This document shows positions 1 to 14,145 of a stretch of DNA of 64,000 nucleotides, one piece after another. The DNA is from Laetmonice hystrix. Its lineage: Eukaryota. Numbering within the stretch: position 1 is the first letter of the stretch; the number at the start of each line of letters is the position of its first letter. The position numbers and the translations under genes were made by a program. The notes beneath the pieces are model-generated. The model saw nothing but the letters and a program-made list of their open reading frames with translations, was not told the DNA's origin and made no database searches. Where the stretch lies: positions 1,550,001 through 1,614,000 of the forward strand of contig OZ249451.1 in NCBI GenBank assembly GCA_965235115.1, written 5' to 3'.

Positions 1-7
1 ACATACC

Positions 8-83
8 ACGTCCTGTCTTAAAGGATAACTACCACGCGCTGAAGACGTCCTGTCTTAAAGGATAACTACTACGCGCTGAAGAC
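8..83. repeat. 37-bp tandem duplication (2 copies)
   Basis: gtcctgtcttaaaggataactaccacgcgctgaagac at 10 and 47. Confidence 0.9.
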
Positions 84-232
84 AGTATATAAAACAACTA
101 CATTCCATTCGAACTATTCACGTAATACTTGATAATACTTTGGTCCTGGCATGGTTCATTATATATAAATTTATATTTACAAAGGGAAATTCTTCAGCCT
201 CCGCATTGACTGATACGAGCATACACTGGTTA

Positions 233-430
233 TGACGTCAGAGGACTCTACACAAATATAGGTCAGCCTTTGTGACGTCACTGAGTAAGGAAAGGAAACC
301 CATTGTTTGGTCCTGAGTACGAGTAGAGGTGAGTGACTGGGTCACGTTGTAAAGGATAAGATAAGAATATGTTCTGCTCAGCACTTTACAACGTGAGTGA
401 TTGAGTGAATTAAGGCGGAGGGTGACGTCA
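233..430. promoter_or_regulatory. Cluster of three palindromic CRE sites (TGACGTCA)
   Basis: TGACGTCA at 233-240, 273-280 and 423-430. Confidence 0.45.
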
Positions 431-2003
431 CGAGTCGGTTGTCTCCATGGATACGTTGACCCAGAGAGAGACGCCACTCTCTCAGACCACAAGGTAATGT
501 ACCTTACACAGATAACAACTTCATTACATTCAGCTACAACATTACACTGCACTCCAGTAGAACTTACTGGATCGAATGTTCATCATGTACAACAGAAAGC
601 ACCTTGTATTAAACACACGACGTCGACCGACCTATAGTCTCCAAGTCCTCCAGCAGCACCGACCGTAGCTACCGTACCAACTCACTCCTACCCTGCCGAC
701 GGCAGTCTCGCGACCTCTGCTAGTCACATGACCACCACGTGAACGTCACGTCATCACCTGACCTTCGCTCCCATACGCCCCGGGGAAGGTCGGAGTACTA
801 TGACAAGAATTTAACTCATATTCTGGTGTTTGAGAGATACCCTGAAAACACTGACATGCGGCTGAAAGTGGGGGAGGGGAGTGGGCAGGTTCCATTGAGG
901 ACCTACAAATTTGTCAGTAGAGATAAAGCTCTTCCTGTTGTCATGTTTATGTCCTCCCGGTACATGTGTAGACTTGTTTTAAGGGTGTACACCGAACGTT
1001 GAGAGTTTGAATAACTTGGCAGGCCTAGCGTACGTCTCCCTTCCCTACCCGACCACAGCAGTGAATCTGCCATCAGACAGGCACTTATAGCGAGGACATC
1101 ACGACATTGCGTTAGCTCCGGGTTTAGGCGGCAAACTCCTGATCTGTCGGCCAGGAGAAGGAGCTGGGAGCTGTTCCCCCACAAACCTCACTCATACTAC
1201 CTAAACGTCCCGACTTACTTCAGTGGGAGGAAAAGTTTACAATCTTCCATATGAGGCATCAGGCCTCCGTCCATCGGACCCTTACCAAGTGATGCTCATT
1301 CATTTTAAACCACACAAATATGGACACCATGATTTCTCACATCACCAGCGAACTAACAGCCTGGTAACCTGATAATCAGACAATATAATAATGCTTGTTT
1401 GGATTTCTGAAAGTCTACTGTGTGCTGGCCAGTGTCTCTCGGAGTCACTGTCGGCCTCAACCGGCAGCCAGTTGGTAATGAGTGTCCGCTCCACCAGGGG
1501 GCAGCACATGCTTCGCCCCCTGGCGGTGAAGATACGTATTGCTCAGAATGTGTGGCGCTGTGCCTCTGTCATCGTTGATACGTCACACCTACGTCACCGG
1601 ATGGGGCGCAGAGATCGACGCTGATTGGTTGATTGTGGACGCAGCAGACGACTATCACTGTGGTCCGTCACTGAACGCAGGTCGACGTAACGTCGTCCAG
1701 GTAACCCGATTCGAGAGCTTTTACTTACATACATACACCCGTACATACATACATACATATACTTACACAGGAGCAAGGCGTGTCAGACTGATCAGCAGTG
1801 GCCATTACAAATTATGACTGGTTCAAAAACACAATTATTACCCTGTGTTTTTGGATACATGTCCTTGGCAGTTTGGAGGCCAATAGACCAGTTTAAGTCA
1901 AGGTCCTCCCATGTATTCTGACCAGTGGTCACAGTTACTGACACACCGCGCATCTTTTAGTCTCTATAGGAAATCCACCTAGCATGTTGACCCCAGGTCA
2001 AGG

Positions 2004-2305
2004 TCATGGCCGTGACCTTTTCTGGAGTAGTAGTTGTCGAAGGGAGTTGGCCTCTTCCCGAAGTGTCGCCACTTGTGCTCGTAAAATTGCATTTTCTTTT
2101 TCTAAGAAGCTAGCTCTGATGGCAATCTCATCCTCCCGAGCTTTCCGTGCATCTCGTGATTTCTTAGCTGCAAGATTGTTTCTTTTCCTCCTCTCAAAGT
2201 ATTTATTGTCTTTTAGGTCTTCAGGTATGGGCTTCTTTTCACTTCGCGGCCGCCGCTGTGTTTGTTGAGTGAGTGCGATAGCGTGTGCCACGGCGTTTGA
2301 GGGAC
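2004..2305 (-). CDS. Terminal coding exon of a PAR-subfamily bZIP transcription factor (CES-2-like; TEF/HLF/DBP/Pdp1 family)
   Basis: Translation RRPRSEKKPIPEDLKDNKYFERRKRNNLAAKKSRDARKAREDEIAIRASFLEKENAILRAQVATLREEANSLRQLLL is a PAR-extended basic region plus leucine zipper. On the minus strand the acceptor tttttcccgttccag ends at 2306, the exon opens in phase 1, and the TGA stop is at 2006-2004. Subfamily assignment is from motif recognition, not a database search. Confidence 0.93.
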
Positions 2306-2472
2306 CTGGAACGGGAAAAACAGCGAGATTCCATTACTTTTCAGTTCTTGCTCGGTCAAAAACATTCATGGGGACAGTGATATGAGAGGACAGCTGCAGC
2401 AAAGAGGAAGTAGTTTTAACGACATCAATTATAGTTTGTATAAGGCCCCTTTGTACTGCATAGTTGTACATA

Positions 2473-2595
2473 AATGTATAAGTAGGACTGCAATGTATAA
2501 ATAGGACTGTAATGTATGAATAGGACTGCAATGTATAAATAGGACTGCAATGTATGAACAGGACTGCAATGTATAAATAGGACTGCAATGTATAA
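2473..2595. repeat. 19-bp minisatellite, about 6 copies
   Basis: Unit taggactgcaatgtataaa. Confidence 0.9.
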
Positions 2596-5500
2596 GGATT
2601 GTTTCAAATTCTCTTAGTGATAATGTTCACATAAAACAGACAACGGGGACCGACAGGACGTTTGAGTTAGAAATCATGTTCTCCGCCAGAGGGCCTATGG
2701 CCCATTACTTCTGACAGGAACCACTGGGTGGCGCCACCAGCGTTGTGTCGGTCCATGAACACGACGCAGGCCTCCATGACCGAGTCCAGCGATAACCACC
2801 CCTGTTCTCACAATATCTTTCATGTTGTATTAATCAGTTCTCAGGGGCATTCTTTTACTTTCTGTTTCCTTTGTTTTGTGTTTACTCAGCGGTCGCTCTC
2901 AGAGCTCAACTATCTCTCCTGACATGACCTGTGACCGTCTGTCACATCGTGTGACTGACCCTATTAACCCTTGGTGTACCTGGGAGTAAGGCCAACATGA
3001 TTCCCACTCACCCCAACACCCTGTAACCCTGGGGCTGTGGTCACCGCCCGCCACCCATGTAATAACGTCCAACCGTCGACAACATACACCAGGCAACCCG
3101 AGTAACCCTCGTCTACCAACTGTACAGAGAGCAATTACAGGTAATAGGCCTACATCTCATGTACAGACTGTGGCCAGGGGCAGTCAGAACAAGGCTACAT
3201 CATGACCCCATCTCAACCTCTCTAGGCCTGCTTCAGTTTCTGCCACCCAGTGTTATTGATGTGGTCAGGGACCATCTCAAACTCTCTGGGTCTGCCTCAG
3301 TTTCTGTCTTCTAGTGTTATTGCTGTGGTCAGGGAAGAACAAACTCACTGAGGCCTACTTCTGGAAACAAGTATCCTTTTGGCCGGCGTGCTCTTGTATC
3401 TACGACTATACTGTGCAATGAGAGATATCAAAGATACGCGATATATTCTCAATCCTTTCATCTCCTCAGACATCCTGACCTTCAGCATTTGTTTGATCAG
3501 TTCTGCAGGTCATACATGGGTCATAGGTCGTAATCACCTTAACCTCTGAACTGTCACCTCCTCTACCGGTCCACCTGTTGTCACCTGTAGCCAACCACGT
3601 GACCTCGAGGAGAGATTGTTGTTAGAGAAATAACCCTGATCAAAGACGTCATGGCAGGGGTCAGACCAAGGTCATACCAAGGTCGTGTCTGTGGTGGCAT
3701 GCCTAGGTAACATTAAAGGCGGGTTCGGTAACTGTAGGCATCCCGGTGGGGGAAGTGTGAGTACGGCCGGTTTGGGGGCGATTATGAAGGGGTAAATAGG
3801 GGTACACAACCCCTCCTTCCCGATAAGATGTACGGCACGTGCCCTTCTCGTGCCCCCTGAAGTCTATAGAGCTGGTCACGTGACTTTGTGACGAACCAAT
3901 GAAATGTCCTCTCTCTCTCAGACAACCAGACCAAGACTCGACCATAAAATTATCACAATCTCACAAAACGACAAATAATTCGATAACAAATATTTCCCTT
4001 TTTGTGGTTTGGATGATAAGATGTACTTGGTTATGTTTGGATTGCTGTGAATGAGACAGCGGCGAACGTCCATTATGTGGTGATTAGACTGTATTAAGAA
4101 GGACATGCCTGACAAGATTATATTTGGACGTGTTATTTGGGTTGAATATCTGTTTTTTCTCTACCAGTGTGAGGAGACCTGGAACACCTGCCATCAGGCA
4201 GCGACACCCGCCCCCCATCGGACTGAAACCATATCCACAACTCAACCACTCAGAAACTTTTTAAATCCAAACTGACCGCCCACCACTCCACCACCCCACC
4301 AACCCCAGATGGCGTGGGGGTGGAGTCAGCAAACCTCACACCCTCCACCCTTACCCCCACCCCCTCCCCCCAACAAACAACCGACCAGTTTCAAACGGTG
4401 CAACCATTGGCTGAACCCTCTTGTCTTCCGTCACCATGCCAACAGAAGTTTTTTTTTCAAGTTATCTCTCAACATCTGTTCATGTTCGTGTGTGTATACT
4501 CGCATATCTGAACGGATTTGTTTGTAAGAGACTCAGTAGGAACGGGTTATACATTCTTGTTTCATCAATCAATTCTAAAATAAATTCAAACGGTCAAACA
4601 ACGTTCCACCCCTAGGTAATGTTATAGGTTACATATTCAGAGACACAAGTCTGGATAGTTTAATTACACACTTAGTTTAAGGGATGATTTGTGGAGCTTA
4701 ACTGATGCAACAAACTCCCATCACCAGCCTCCTGATGTGACGCGAGGCGTTGCTTAGTAACGGTCCTATCACATCACGTCGCGAGAATCCTTATCAGCCA
4801 GGAGGGGGCCACTAGTTCAGCCCTCTGATCGCAGGGGGCGCCACTCCTCCACGCTCAACCTAATTAATTATGGCCTCATTTTCCCCTGACAGTATGTTAT
4901 TAAAAACGGACTGGCTTCAAAGAGAAGCACCAGTGGCGAGCTCAGCCATCCCAACAAATCTCATCATTCTCCGCCATGGTTCATTACTTCAAACTTGCTT
5001 TCAATTCTGATCCTGACTTTCTGCACCAATCACAGGCAAGGATTTCTATTTGGCGATAACAACCACTTTGACCCATTCCACGACTATAATCTACACCAAA
5101 CATCCTCTAACTACTTTATCATATCTTACAGGCATAAAGTTCCACCGACTACTGCAGATTAGTGACATACCATGGCATTAATTAAGCCCTCATTATTCTC
5201 AGTTTTACTAATTATCTCAAGCAACCTTCTTTCATTCGTTTTCCTTTTTTTGTCAATAAAAGTTTCTCCGCCCGTTTTGGTACATAAATCTCCATGGTAA
5301 CATTCCGATACAGGTATTTGAATGACCGATATTTGCCCTCTTCGTGGTAATAGCTTCCAGGGTCGGGTTTTGATTTAAACACCCCGTTGCCTGACAACTA
5401 TAATATGATACCCTTATATAAATCACTATAAAGTCACACTACCCTGCCAGTTTATAAAGACAGGAATCTCAGCGCCCATTGACTGGCGGTATCTCAAACA

Positions 5501-6375
5501 GACCACTAGGTGGCGCTGTGTACAGGCCGGCTCCCAGCGTGTCCTGCTCAGCGTCTGTGCATACAACGGTCTGGTATAGTAACCAGTGGCGCCCGTTACC
5601 ATGGACGCCATTATACCCAGCGTCCGCCAGTGTCCTGTTAAATTACTGCGTATTACCAGGAGCGGTGGAGCATCATAATTAATAAGGCTTGGTTTGTACA
5701 CCCTGGCACGCCGCACCTGTCCTGCCCTCCCCCATTCTTCCTATTGTTACTCCAGTCTCAAGCCCCTTTCACCACCAACACTCTTTTTACCCTACCCCTC
5801 TCCCCGACCCTTGACCCCGCCGGCACCCCACGTTCCTACCCAAGAACCCCCTCCATATGGCCCGCTGAGCCCGGGTTCAAAAGCCGCGCCCCACGCACGC
5901 TGCAGTGGCGACTTTGTTTTGGCCCTCGCTGCCCTTTGTAACGTTATACGTCACCTTTTAACCCCGGCAGACGTTCTCAGCAATTACAACTGTCAGAGCT
6001 TGTCACTTTCGTAAACTTACAAATCCTCGCCCGAACACAGCGAAACAATACGTCGGTCTATTTGAAACAGATCAGATGCTGTGCTCAACATGCAGACACT
6101 AACTGAAATATCAATCAAAACAGTCGGTCGCCAAGACATCAGACTCGTGCAGGCATTCTTAGAGCCAACAGAGCAGTTTGGTGAATGATTACAAGATAAA
6201 ACTTAATCTTAAACGAATCACACGTGATGGTCAGCATCTTCGGGCTTCCACTTGGGAAAAATCAATATGAAGAAAGTTAAAATTATGGCTGAAAGAAAAC
6301 CTGGTTGGTTCAGTTTGACTGGGCCTTAGTGGTCACTATAGTTGGCGGTATCCCTGAATGTGTGAGAAAATTCCA

Positions 6376-7093
6376 TCCAGACACACAGCCACGGGATGGT
6401 CTGTGGTCTGTGTGTGACGGTTCAGACACACACACCCGGGATGGTCAGTGGTCTGTGTGACAAGTTTCAGACACACAGCCACGGGATGGTCAGGGGTCTG
6501 TGCACGACGGTTCAGACACCCACCCACGGGATGGTCAGTGGTCTGTGTGAGATGGTTCAGACACACACCCACGGGATGGTCAGTGGTCTGTATGAGACGG
6601 TTCAGACACACACCCACGGGATGGTCAGTTGTCTGTACGCGACGGTTCAGACACCCACCCACGGGATGGTCTGTGCGCGACGGTTCAGACACACGCCCAC
6701 GGGATGGTCAGTGGTCTGTGCACGACGGTTCAGACACCCACCCACGGGATGGCCTGTATGAGATGGTTCAGACACACACACACGGGATGGTCTGTGTGAG
6801 ATGGTTCAGACACACACCCACGGGATGGTCAGTGGCCTGTATGAGACGGTTCAGACACACACCCACGGGATGGCCTGTATGAGATGGTTCAGACACCCAC
6901 CCACGGGATGGTCTGTGGTCTGTGTGAGACGGTTCAGACACCCACCCACGGGATGGTCAGTTGTCTGTACGCGACGGTTCAGACACCCACCCACGGGATG
7001 GTCAGTGGTCTGTGCACGACGGTTCAGACACCCACCCACGGGATGGCCTGTATGAGATGGTTCAGACACCCACCCACGGGATGGTCAGTGGTC
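6376..7093. repeat. Variable minisatellite, unit about 35-45 bp
   Basis: Unit acgggatggtcagtggtctgtgtgagacggttcagacacacaccc with internal deletions. Confidence 0.9.
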
Positions 7094-7142
7094 TGGTCAA
7101 GCGTGATCAGCTGACCACCAGCCGAGATGGCCAGTTGGCCGG

Positions 7143-7770
7143 TGTATAGATACTGGTCGCCAGGCCATGGACAGTCCCTACTGGTGTCATTGTATAGACG
7201 CTGGTCGCCAGGCCATGGACAGTCCCTACTGGTGTCATTGTATAGACGCTGGTCGCCAGGCCATGGACAGTCCCTACTGGTGTCATTGTATAGACGCTGG
7301 TCGCCAGGCCATGGACAGTCCCTACTGGTGTCATTGTATAGACGCTGGTCGCCAGGCCATGGACAGTCCCTACTGGTGTCATTGTATAGACACTGGTCGC
7401 CAGGCCATGGACAGTCCCTACTGGTGTCATTGTATAGACACTGGTCGCCAGGCCATGGACAGTCCCTACTGGTGTCATTGTATAGACGCTGGTCGCCAGG
7501 CCATGGACAGTCCCTACTGGTGTCATTGTATAGACACTGGTCGCCAGGCCATGGACAGTCCCTACTGGTGTCATTGTATAGACACTGGTCGCCAGGCCAT
7601 GGACAGTCCCTACTGGTGTCATTGTATAGACACTGGTCGCCAGGCCATGGACAGTCCCTACTGGTGTCATTGTATAGACGCTGGTCGCCAGGCCATGGAC
7701 AGTCCCTACTGGTGTCATTGTATAGACACTGGTCGCCAGGCCATGGACAGTTCCTACTGGTGTCATTGTA
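7143..7770. repeat. 48-bp near-perfect minisatellite, about 13 copies
   Basis: Unit ctggtcgccaggccatggacagtccctactggtgtcattgtatagac(a/g). Confidence 0.95.
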
Positions 7771-10700
7771 AGAATACCTGATCTACCGTGTACCAAACCT
7801 GCTGGTGTCGTCAGAACTCACACCAGGGGGCACTCCTCCGAACGCCGGGCCCCAGCACCGTCACTGACCAATCAGAGCTCAGTGGGCAGTGGGCGTGGTA
7901 CACCGAACGGCCACCAGGCGGCACCACCGGGGCCCTTAGCCTGGCTGGCTGACCGGGGGGGGGGGGGGGGTACCCCCCTACCCCGCGGCGGACCCACGAC
8001 AACCACCAACAGTTTCTCAAGTTTGAATTCCAACAATATGAGAGATACGAAGACACTCGGTCGAGTGGAATCGATCGCCATGGTCACTCTCTATACCGTG
8101 GTAGGCGGTCTCTGTGCCCGCCCGTCTCCATCAATCGACCAGTTCCCCTTGTCCCACCTCCAACCATCACTAAATATCTCAGACATCTCACTCCCGTTCA
8201 CTCCTATTTACCGCCTTTCTCCTTCTTTACAAAAGACAAATTCCAATTTGTACTCCCGACCGTTTCCTTGTGCGCGCGTGACCCCCTCCCCATGTCTGAG
8301 GGTCTGTCAGACCCCTGGTAACACAACCTGAGCTCTCATATATTTATAAAACGTCCCTCCTACCCACAATCAACAACGTTCAAACGTCGTTACCTGGCAG
8401 CCGTTTCTATAAGCCATACAGCAGAATCCACAACGACATTTACGACTTACTTACGACTGGTGTTCGTGTAATGAAGTCATCATATCAAACTCAAAGCTAC
8501 AAAAATATTTAGGTACAGATGTTCTTTTCGTATTTTCTTGAACCATATTCTTTTGTAATTTTTTTTACATCCTGAAAATGTAACAAATTCTAATAGTTGA
8601 TTTCTAAAAATGGTAATTTCGTTAACATTACATACTGGTATCTCACTGTATGAGAGATAACACATTAAAACCCCGAACTGTTTAATCGATAAAATCATCT
8701 AAACCATGTAAATGGGTATCATTTCGATTACCGTTTTACGCCAAAGGTAACACGGGGGTTATAGGGAAAATAATAATAATACCATTTTGTAATTCATAAA
8801 GGTTGATTTTTTTTCTATTTTATCCTTCTTATTCTGCTAGCGGTGAGGTCTACGGTTGATGAATTCCCAGATTTTAGAGTGACCAATCTCTTTGTATCAG
8901 CCTGGCAATTTAACATCGTGACGATAGAGAGATAGTCTCGAAACCGTTCTTTGTAACAACTGTCTCTATCTCTCTATGAGAGGCTGCCATCCAAAATCAC
9001 TGCAGTTTGGTCTCAGTACTACACCGACACTCACACAGAGCACCGACACTCACACAGCACACCTACACTCACACACAACTAAACACCTTTCACAACTCCT
9101 CTGTCACTCTGCCAATCCCTGCCACCGTTCCTGTAACCGTTTGAACTTTAATGTTCAAACTGCCGTTTGATTTGTTCCAGTATTATAATGTGCCGTCACT
9201 GCGTGTACGTGCCTGTCCCCCTAGCGGCAGCGTTCGTACGGACGCTGCGTTCCTGCCTGACCACGGGCTGTGTAGATGCTGGGTGCTGACCACATGAAAG
9301 TCTTTGTTCTCCAGCTTTGCTGTCCTCGCCAGCCTCCAAACACCCACAACCCACAGAAAACAATTCACCTCGATTCTTCCAGAAAACACATCTGTGCGCT
9401 AACATTAAGTTGAGTTATATATGGTTGCGACTCCCTCCTATAACAACGTATATCACTGTGCTCATTAACTAACCGTCCATTATGACTGTGGTCAAACAAT
9501 GACCACTTACAGCGACAACAACAAACCCCGACAGCAACAAGCCATTTGCATGTTATTCACATATATCACAGCAAAACGCCAGAAGAGTTCATTTCCTGGT
9601 CCACTCCACACTACCCGAGTTCTCACACCTTTCAAGCTATCTCCTCAAGCGACACGTATATTCCTAACGACTTGGGTGATAATTATCTCATCCATCATCT
9701 CGAGCAGGGGCGGGTGTAACATCATTAAGTTTCCCTTGAAATAATTCGAATGGTTGCTATAGGTGTGAATTGTTTCACATCCTGTAGGAGGTGATAATTG
9801 TTAGGTAAAGATAGAATAATGATTATGCGTGCACATCCCGAGGGAGGTGACATTTTTGTTGTTGATAACCTTTCTATTAATAACACCGTTTTCCTATAAT
9901 TACGGTGCTCTTTATGATTTGGGACAGAATAAAATTTAAAGAAGCATGCCCGTTTTTATTCGGTTCCCGTCCTACAGATGCGGTCCTCAACGGATTTTGT
10001 TTGGACGAGGAGGATTCCGTTTATACTGACATAAATCTGACGTGTTTATACAGTATTGATACTTTCAACAAATCTCCATCATTTAAAAACAAATAAAATT
10101 CGTTGCCTTGCGACATTATAGACGTATGCCTACGTTAGAAATTGTGTTGTGTGTCGTTTGATGACGGTATATCAAGCAGACCCTTGCCATAAAAAACGAT
10201 TCAACATTGATAACTTATCCATATAATTCAGCGAATGTCTTTTCTGATGCTCATTTTTATTTTGTCCACCCTCATCTACTGTGAAAGGAGAACTCGTTTA
10301 CTCCTGTGAGTTGCGACCCTAATCCTGCCGACGCGAGGGGTGAAGGGGTTTACCCTCTGTTAGTGACGTCACTGAACGGGCCTGTCGGGGTGAGATGTAA
10401 AGGATGAATTTGTGATAGATTGTATTTTATCACAGACTTGAGAATTCTCACCATGATCGTGTAGAGAATGAACTGTGATGTCTTATCCTGGATTGGAGAC
10501 CATCCAGTCACCCTCCCCGCTCCACACCCTGCCCCTATTCACCCCTTCCCCACCCCACCCCCTCCCAGTCTACCTTTGTATGATCAACCACAATACCGCA
10601 GCCGTTGGCCGCCTCCACAGCTGATTGGTCAATATTTGACGATAAATTAAGCCGATTGATATTCATGAGGAGTTATGTGTGGCTGAGAGAGTCTGTCATG

Positions 10701-11082
10701 GCGGAGGGGTGTGTCGTGTCGTCCTCCCCCCAGGTGGCGCCCCGCGCACACTCCGACTTGTCTTGTTAATATTTGACAAGCAATTTGAACAATTAAAATT
10801 CATGAATAACTGAGGCGGGTTGGCGAGCGGCCTGACTGTGCCGTGAACACACCAAAAGATAATCTATCATGGACGGGTGAGTCGTCCGCAGCACGCCTAG
10901 AGCTAGCTGTCTGAGTCAGTCTCCAACTCTCTTTGTTCTCATCTCATCCTTCAGTCCCAGACCCCCTCCCGACCCCCTCCCGACCCCCTCCCACCCTCTC
11001 AATGTCGTGTTCTGACATCCCCAAACGATCATTTCTCCATATGCTGCTCAGTCTCTGCCTCAGTTAGGTCGTGTTTGTTAGA

Positions 11083-11240
11083 ACATCATTCTAGCTGGTC
11101 ACGAATAAAATTTGGTTCACCAAGTTACAGCATCATTCTAGCTGGTCATCGGTCAACTTTGGTTCTTCCCGCTGGTCACCAATAAAATTTGGTTCTTCCC
11201 GCTGGTCACCAATAAAATTTGGTTCACTAAGTTACAGCAT
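11083..11240. repeat. Mosaic local duplications
   Basis: Recurring gctggtcac(g/c)aataaaatttggttc and caagttacagcatc blocks. Confidence 0.7.
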
Positions 11241-12039
11241 CGTTAATATTTGACAAGCAATTCGGACAATCATACTTTTCGGTGGCGTTGTTTCACAATC
11301 TTATAAAATAAAACTTATAAAATACAGAATTCGATTGATTCGATAGAAAATATCATAACCAAGAATATACAACTTTACGGAGATTTCCACTGATCAAATT
11401 CTCCAGGCTGGAAACTTAAACAGTCTACAATTTTTATATTCCACAAGGCGAAGACAACAGTTCCCATAGCCACGTCTTATAGCATTGTGTGGAGATGAAG
11501 AGAGTTATTGGCTCTATCTCTGACCATCAGTGTGGGTTTTGCTGGCCACTTATATATTGTAATGGTGGACGGTGGGTATAGGCCGGCCTGGCTGGCCACT
11601 TACCCAGGCAGGAGGAGCGGTACGGCCGGGCCAATCTCTGCACACCGCCCGTATACGTCTACCTCCCCTCCCCCCTCCCCGCCTCATCACTGCACTGTCT
11701 ACTGACGCTGGAGAAGCCAACTCCAGTTTCCTCCAGTGAGGGTTTCATCTAGAGTTCATATACTAAACAACAGGCAAAGTGGCGGCGCAGTTGAAACATG
11801 ATCTTGGTCTGTTGGACAGCCATGAGAGGTGAGGGTGGGTGGAGAACAGTTGTATGGCCGCCTATAGATGGTGTCAGCCAGCTCATCTGTACGACCACCT
11901 TTTGAGGGAAACTAATGAAGCCGGGCTGAAGGCATCCACCGGCGGGGGGAGGGGGGGGGGGAGCTCTGTCTGTGTGAGACACCTCGACGGCCGGTCGTGT
12001 GGACATGTCCAACAACGGCCAACTACCACTACTAGCCAT

Positions 12040-12184
12040 CAAATCTACTACTACTAACTAACCATCAAATCTACAACTACCAACCATCAAATCTACAACT
12101 ATCAGCCATCAAATCTACAAATATCAGCCATCAAATCTACAACTACCAGCCATCAAATCTACAACTACCAACCATCAAATCTAT
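12040..12184. repeat. Minisatellite, unit about 22-24 bp
   Basis: Unit ccatcaaatctacaactacca(a/g). Confidence 0.85.
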
Positions 12185-13469
12185 CATCTCTTGAAGGCAA
12201 CAATAAGACCACCAAAAAATGACTATTTACTTTTGAAGTAAAGTCATCGGTATAAACAAAGCCATTTGGAGCTACCGACTTGCTCCATATTTTTATAATT
12301 TTGACCAATTTTATTACGACGTGAACTTCTATCATTTGAATGATTAGAAAACTAAAATTATTCCCGTATTCGCCTTGTTACATACAACCGGTCCATGACC
12401 AGCCAATCAGAACCGTTAAGCCTAAACTTAAGTAAGATCTTAAGATTTTCCGAACCGGGCCCTTCATGTGACTCGGAGGTCTGGGGACAGGTTGGTACTC
12501 CAAAAAACTTGCGTTAATTGGCGCCAATTAACGACCACTGATGAGTTCCACTGAAGGTGTCGGTAATGAGGCCAGGACGAGCCTTATATAGACATATATG
12601 ACCTCAGTGACCTCACGTTTATCTTATACATAGACCACACACTCCAATCTCAGGTCAGGCTAGGATGAGTGAAGGATTCAGATTTTCTGGTCCGGGTGCC
12701 TGCACAAGAAATCAAATACAACATCGTTTTGTTAAATGTTTTCAGGTCGATTAGACAAGTGGCTCTGTTAGGTTATAATATTTCGATTCAAAGGAAGTGG
12801 GTGAATCGATCTCGACCCTGGAGCACTGACCATGCATCACTGTACATACAGGTTTGCCGTAATAACCCATGTAGCACGTGAGCTACACTGGTTAATAGAC
12901 ACAAAGTCGGAAGGAAACGCAAGGCAAACCGTTTCGGTGGATTAGAATGAACGGCATGATCGTAAAAGACTCCCGCCATGAACTTTGACCCCCAGCTTCC
13001 GGCCATCACTCGCTATAGATAAACCCGCCGCGATATCGGCTAACTTGGATTATCTCAGACACCGCCACCTGTGAAAATCTACACGCCATCACTGACCCTG
13101 CTTCAAACAGGATATTGAAGTTTAAAAAATGAAAATACACTTTCCCTTTTTATCATTTTAATAGTTCCTTTTATAGGCCTTTCCTCTTTAAATTCAGGGT
13201 GGCTTATAGGTTCAGGTTTTTACTTGGGAGAGCGTACCTTCAAGATAGAGCTGAGCTATGGTAGGCCTAATTACGTTTCCATAATGTATTCATTATCGAG
13301 CCAGTCACAACATCATTAGTTTCTCGAGACCTCGGTAATTGGTACACCACGTCACCGAGAGATGTCGCTCTCCCCCAGTCTCCGACAATAACCGAGTCCT
13401 CGTGCTGCCCTCAGCGGAGAACATTTCGTGCCGAGTCCACTATACAACCTGAGGCCCTGCGACTGTCAC

Positions 13470-14145
13470 CGGTACCGGGGTGGGCGGCCATCACCCCGGC
13501 CGGGTCCTCGCCCTGTACCCGGGGTGGGCGGCCATCACCCCGGCAGGGTCCTCGCCCTTACCCCGTCCGTCCCTCCCCGGCCGGGTCCTCGCTCATACCC
13601 CGTCCCTCCCCGGCCGGGTCCTCGCTCATACCCCGTCCGTCCCTCCCCAGCCGGGTCCTCGCTCATACCCCGCCCGTCCCTCCCCGGCCGGGTCCTCGTC
13701 CTTACCCCGCCCGTCCTCGGCCGGGTCCTCGCCCATACCCCGCCCGTCCGTGTCCTGCCCCATACCCCGTCCCTCCCCGGCCGGGTCCTCGCCCTGACCC
13801 CGTCCGTCCCTCCCCAGCCGGGTCCTCCTACATACCCCGTCCCTCCCCAGCCGGGTCCTCCTACATACCCCGTCCCTCCCCGGCCGGGTCCTCGCCCATA
13901 CCCCGTCCGTCCCCGTCCGTGTCCTGCCCCATACCCCGCCCGTCCCCGTCCGTGTCCTGCCCCATACCCCGTCCCTCCCCGGCCGGGTCCTCGCCCTGAC
14001 CCCGCCCGTCCCCGTCCGTGTCCTTCCCCGTACCCCGTCCGTCCCCGGCCGGGTCCTCGCCCATACCCCGCCCGTCCGTGTCCTGCCCCATACCCCGCCC
14101 GTCCCCGGCCGTGTCCTGCCCCATACCCCGTCCCTCCCCGGCCTC
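13470..14145. repeat. C-rich degenerate minisatellite (G-rich on minus strand)
   Basis: Unit approximately ccccgtccctccccggccgggtcctcgcccata. Confidence 0.9.

Noticed and set aside
5212-5397. Protein-like 61-aa minus ORF
   Set aside because: No recognisable domain and no clear splice sites.
5860-5900. B-box-like ccgggttcaaaag suggesting a tRNA or SINE
   Set aside because: No A-box spacing or cloverleaf could be built.
6336-7796. Long ORFs in several frames (up to 229 aa)
   Set aside because: Produced by 45- and 48-bp tandem units that are open in multiple frames on both strands.
12405-12462. ttaag-rich segment ending in ccgaaccgggccc, like a PIF/Harbinger MITE end
   Set aside because: No matching opposite terminus or target duplication found.
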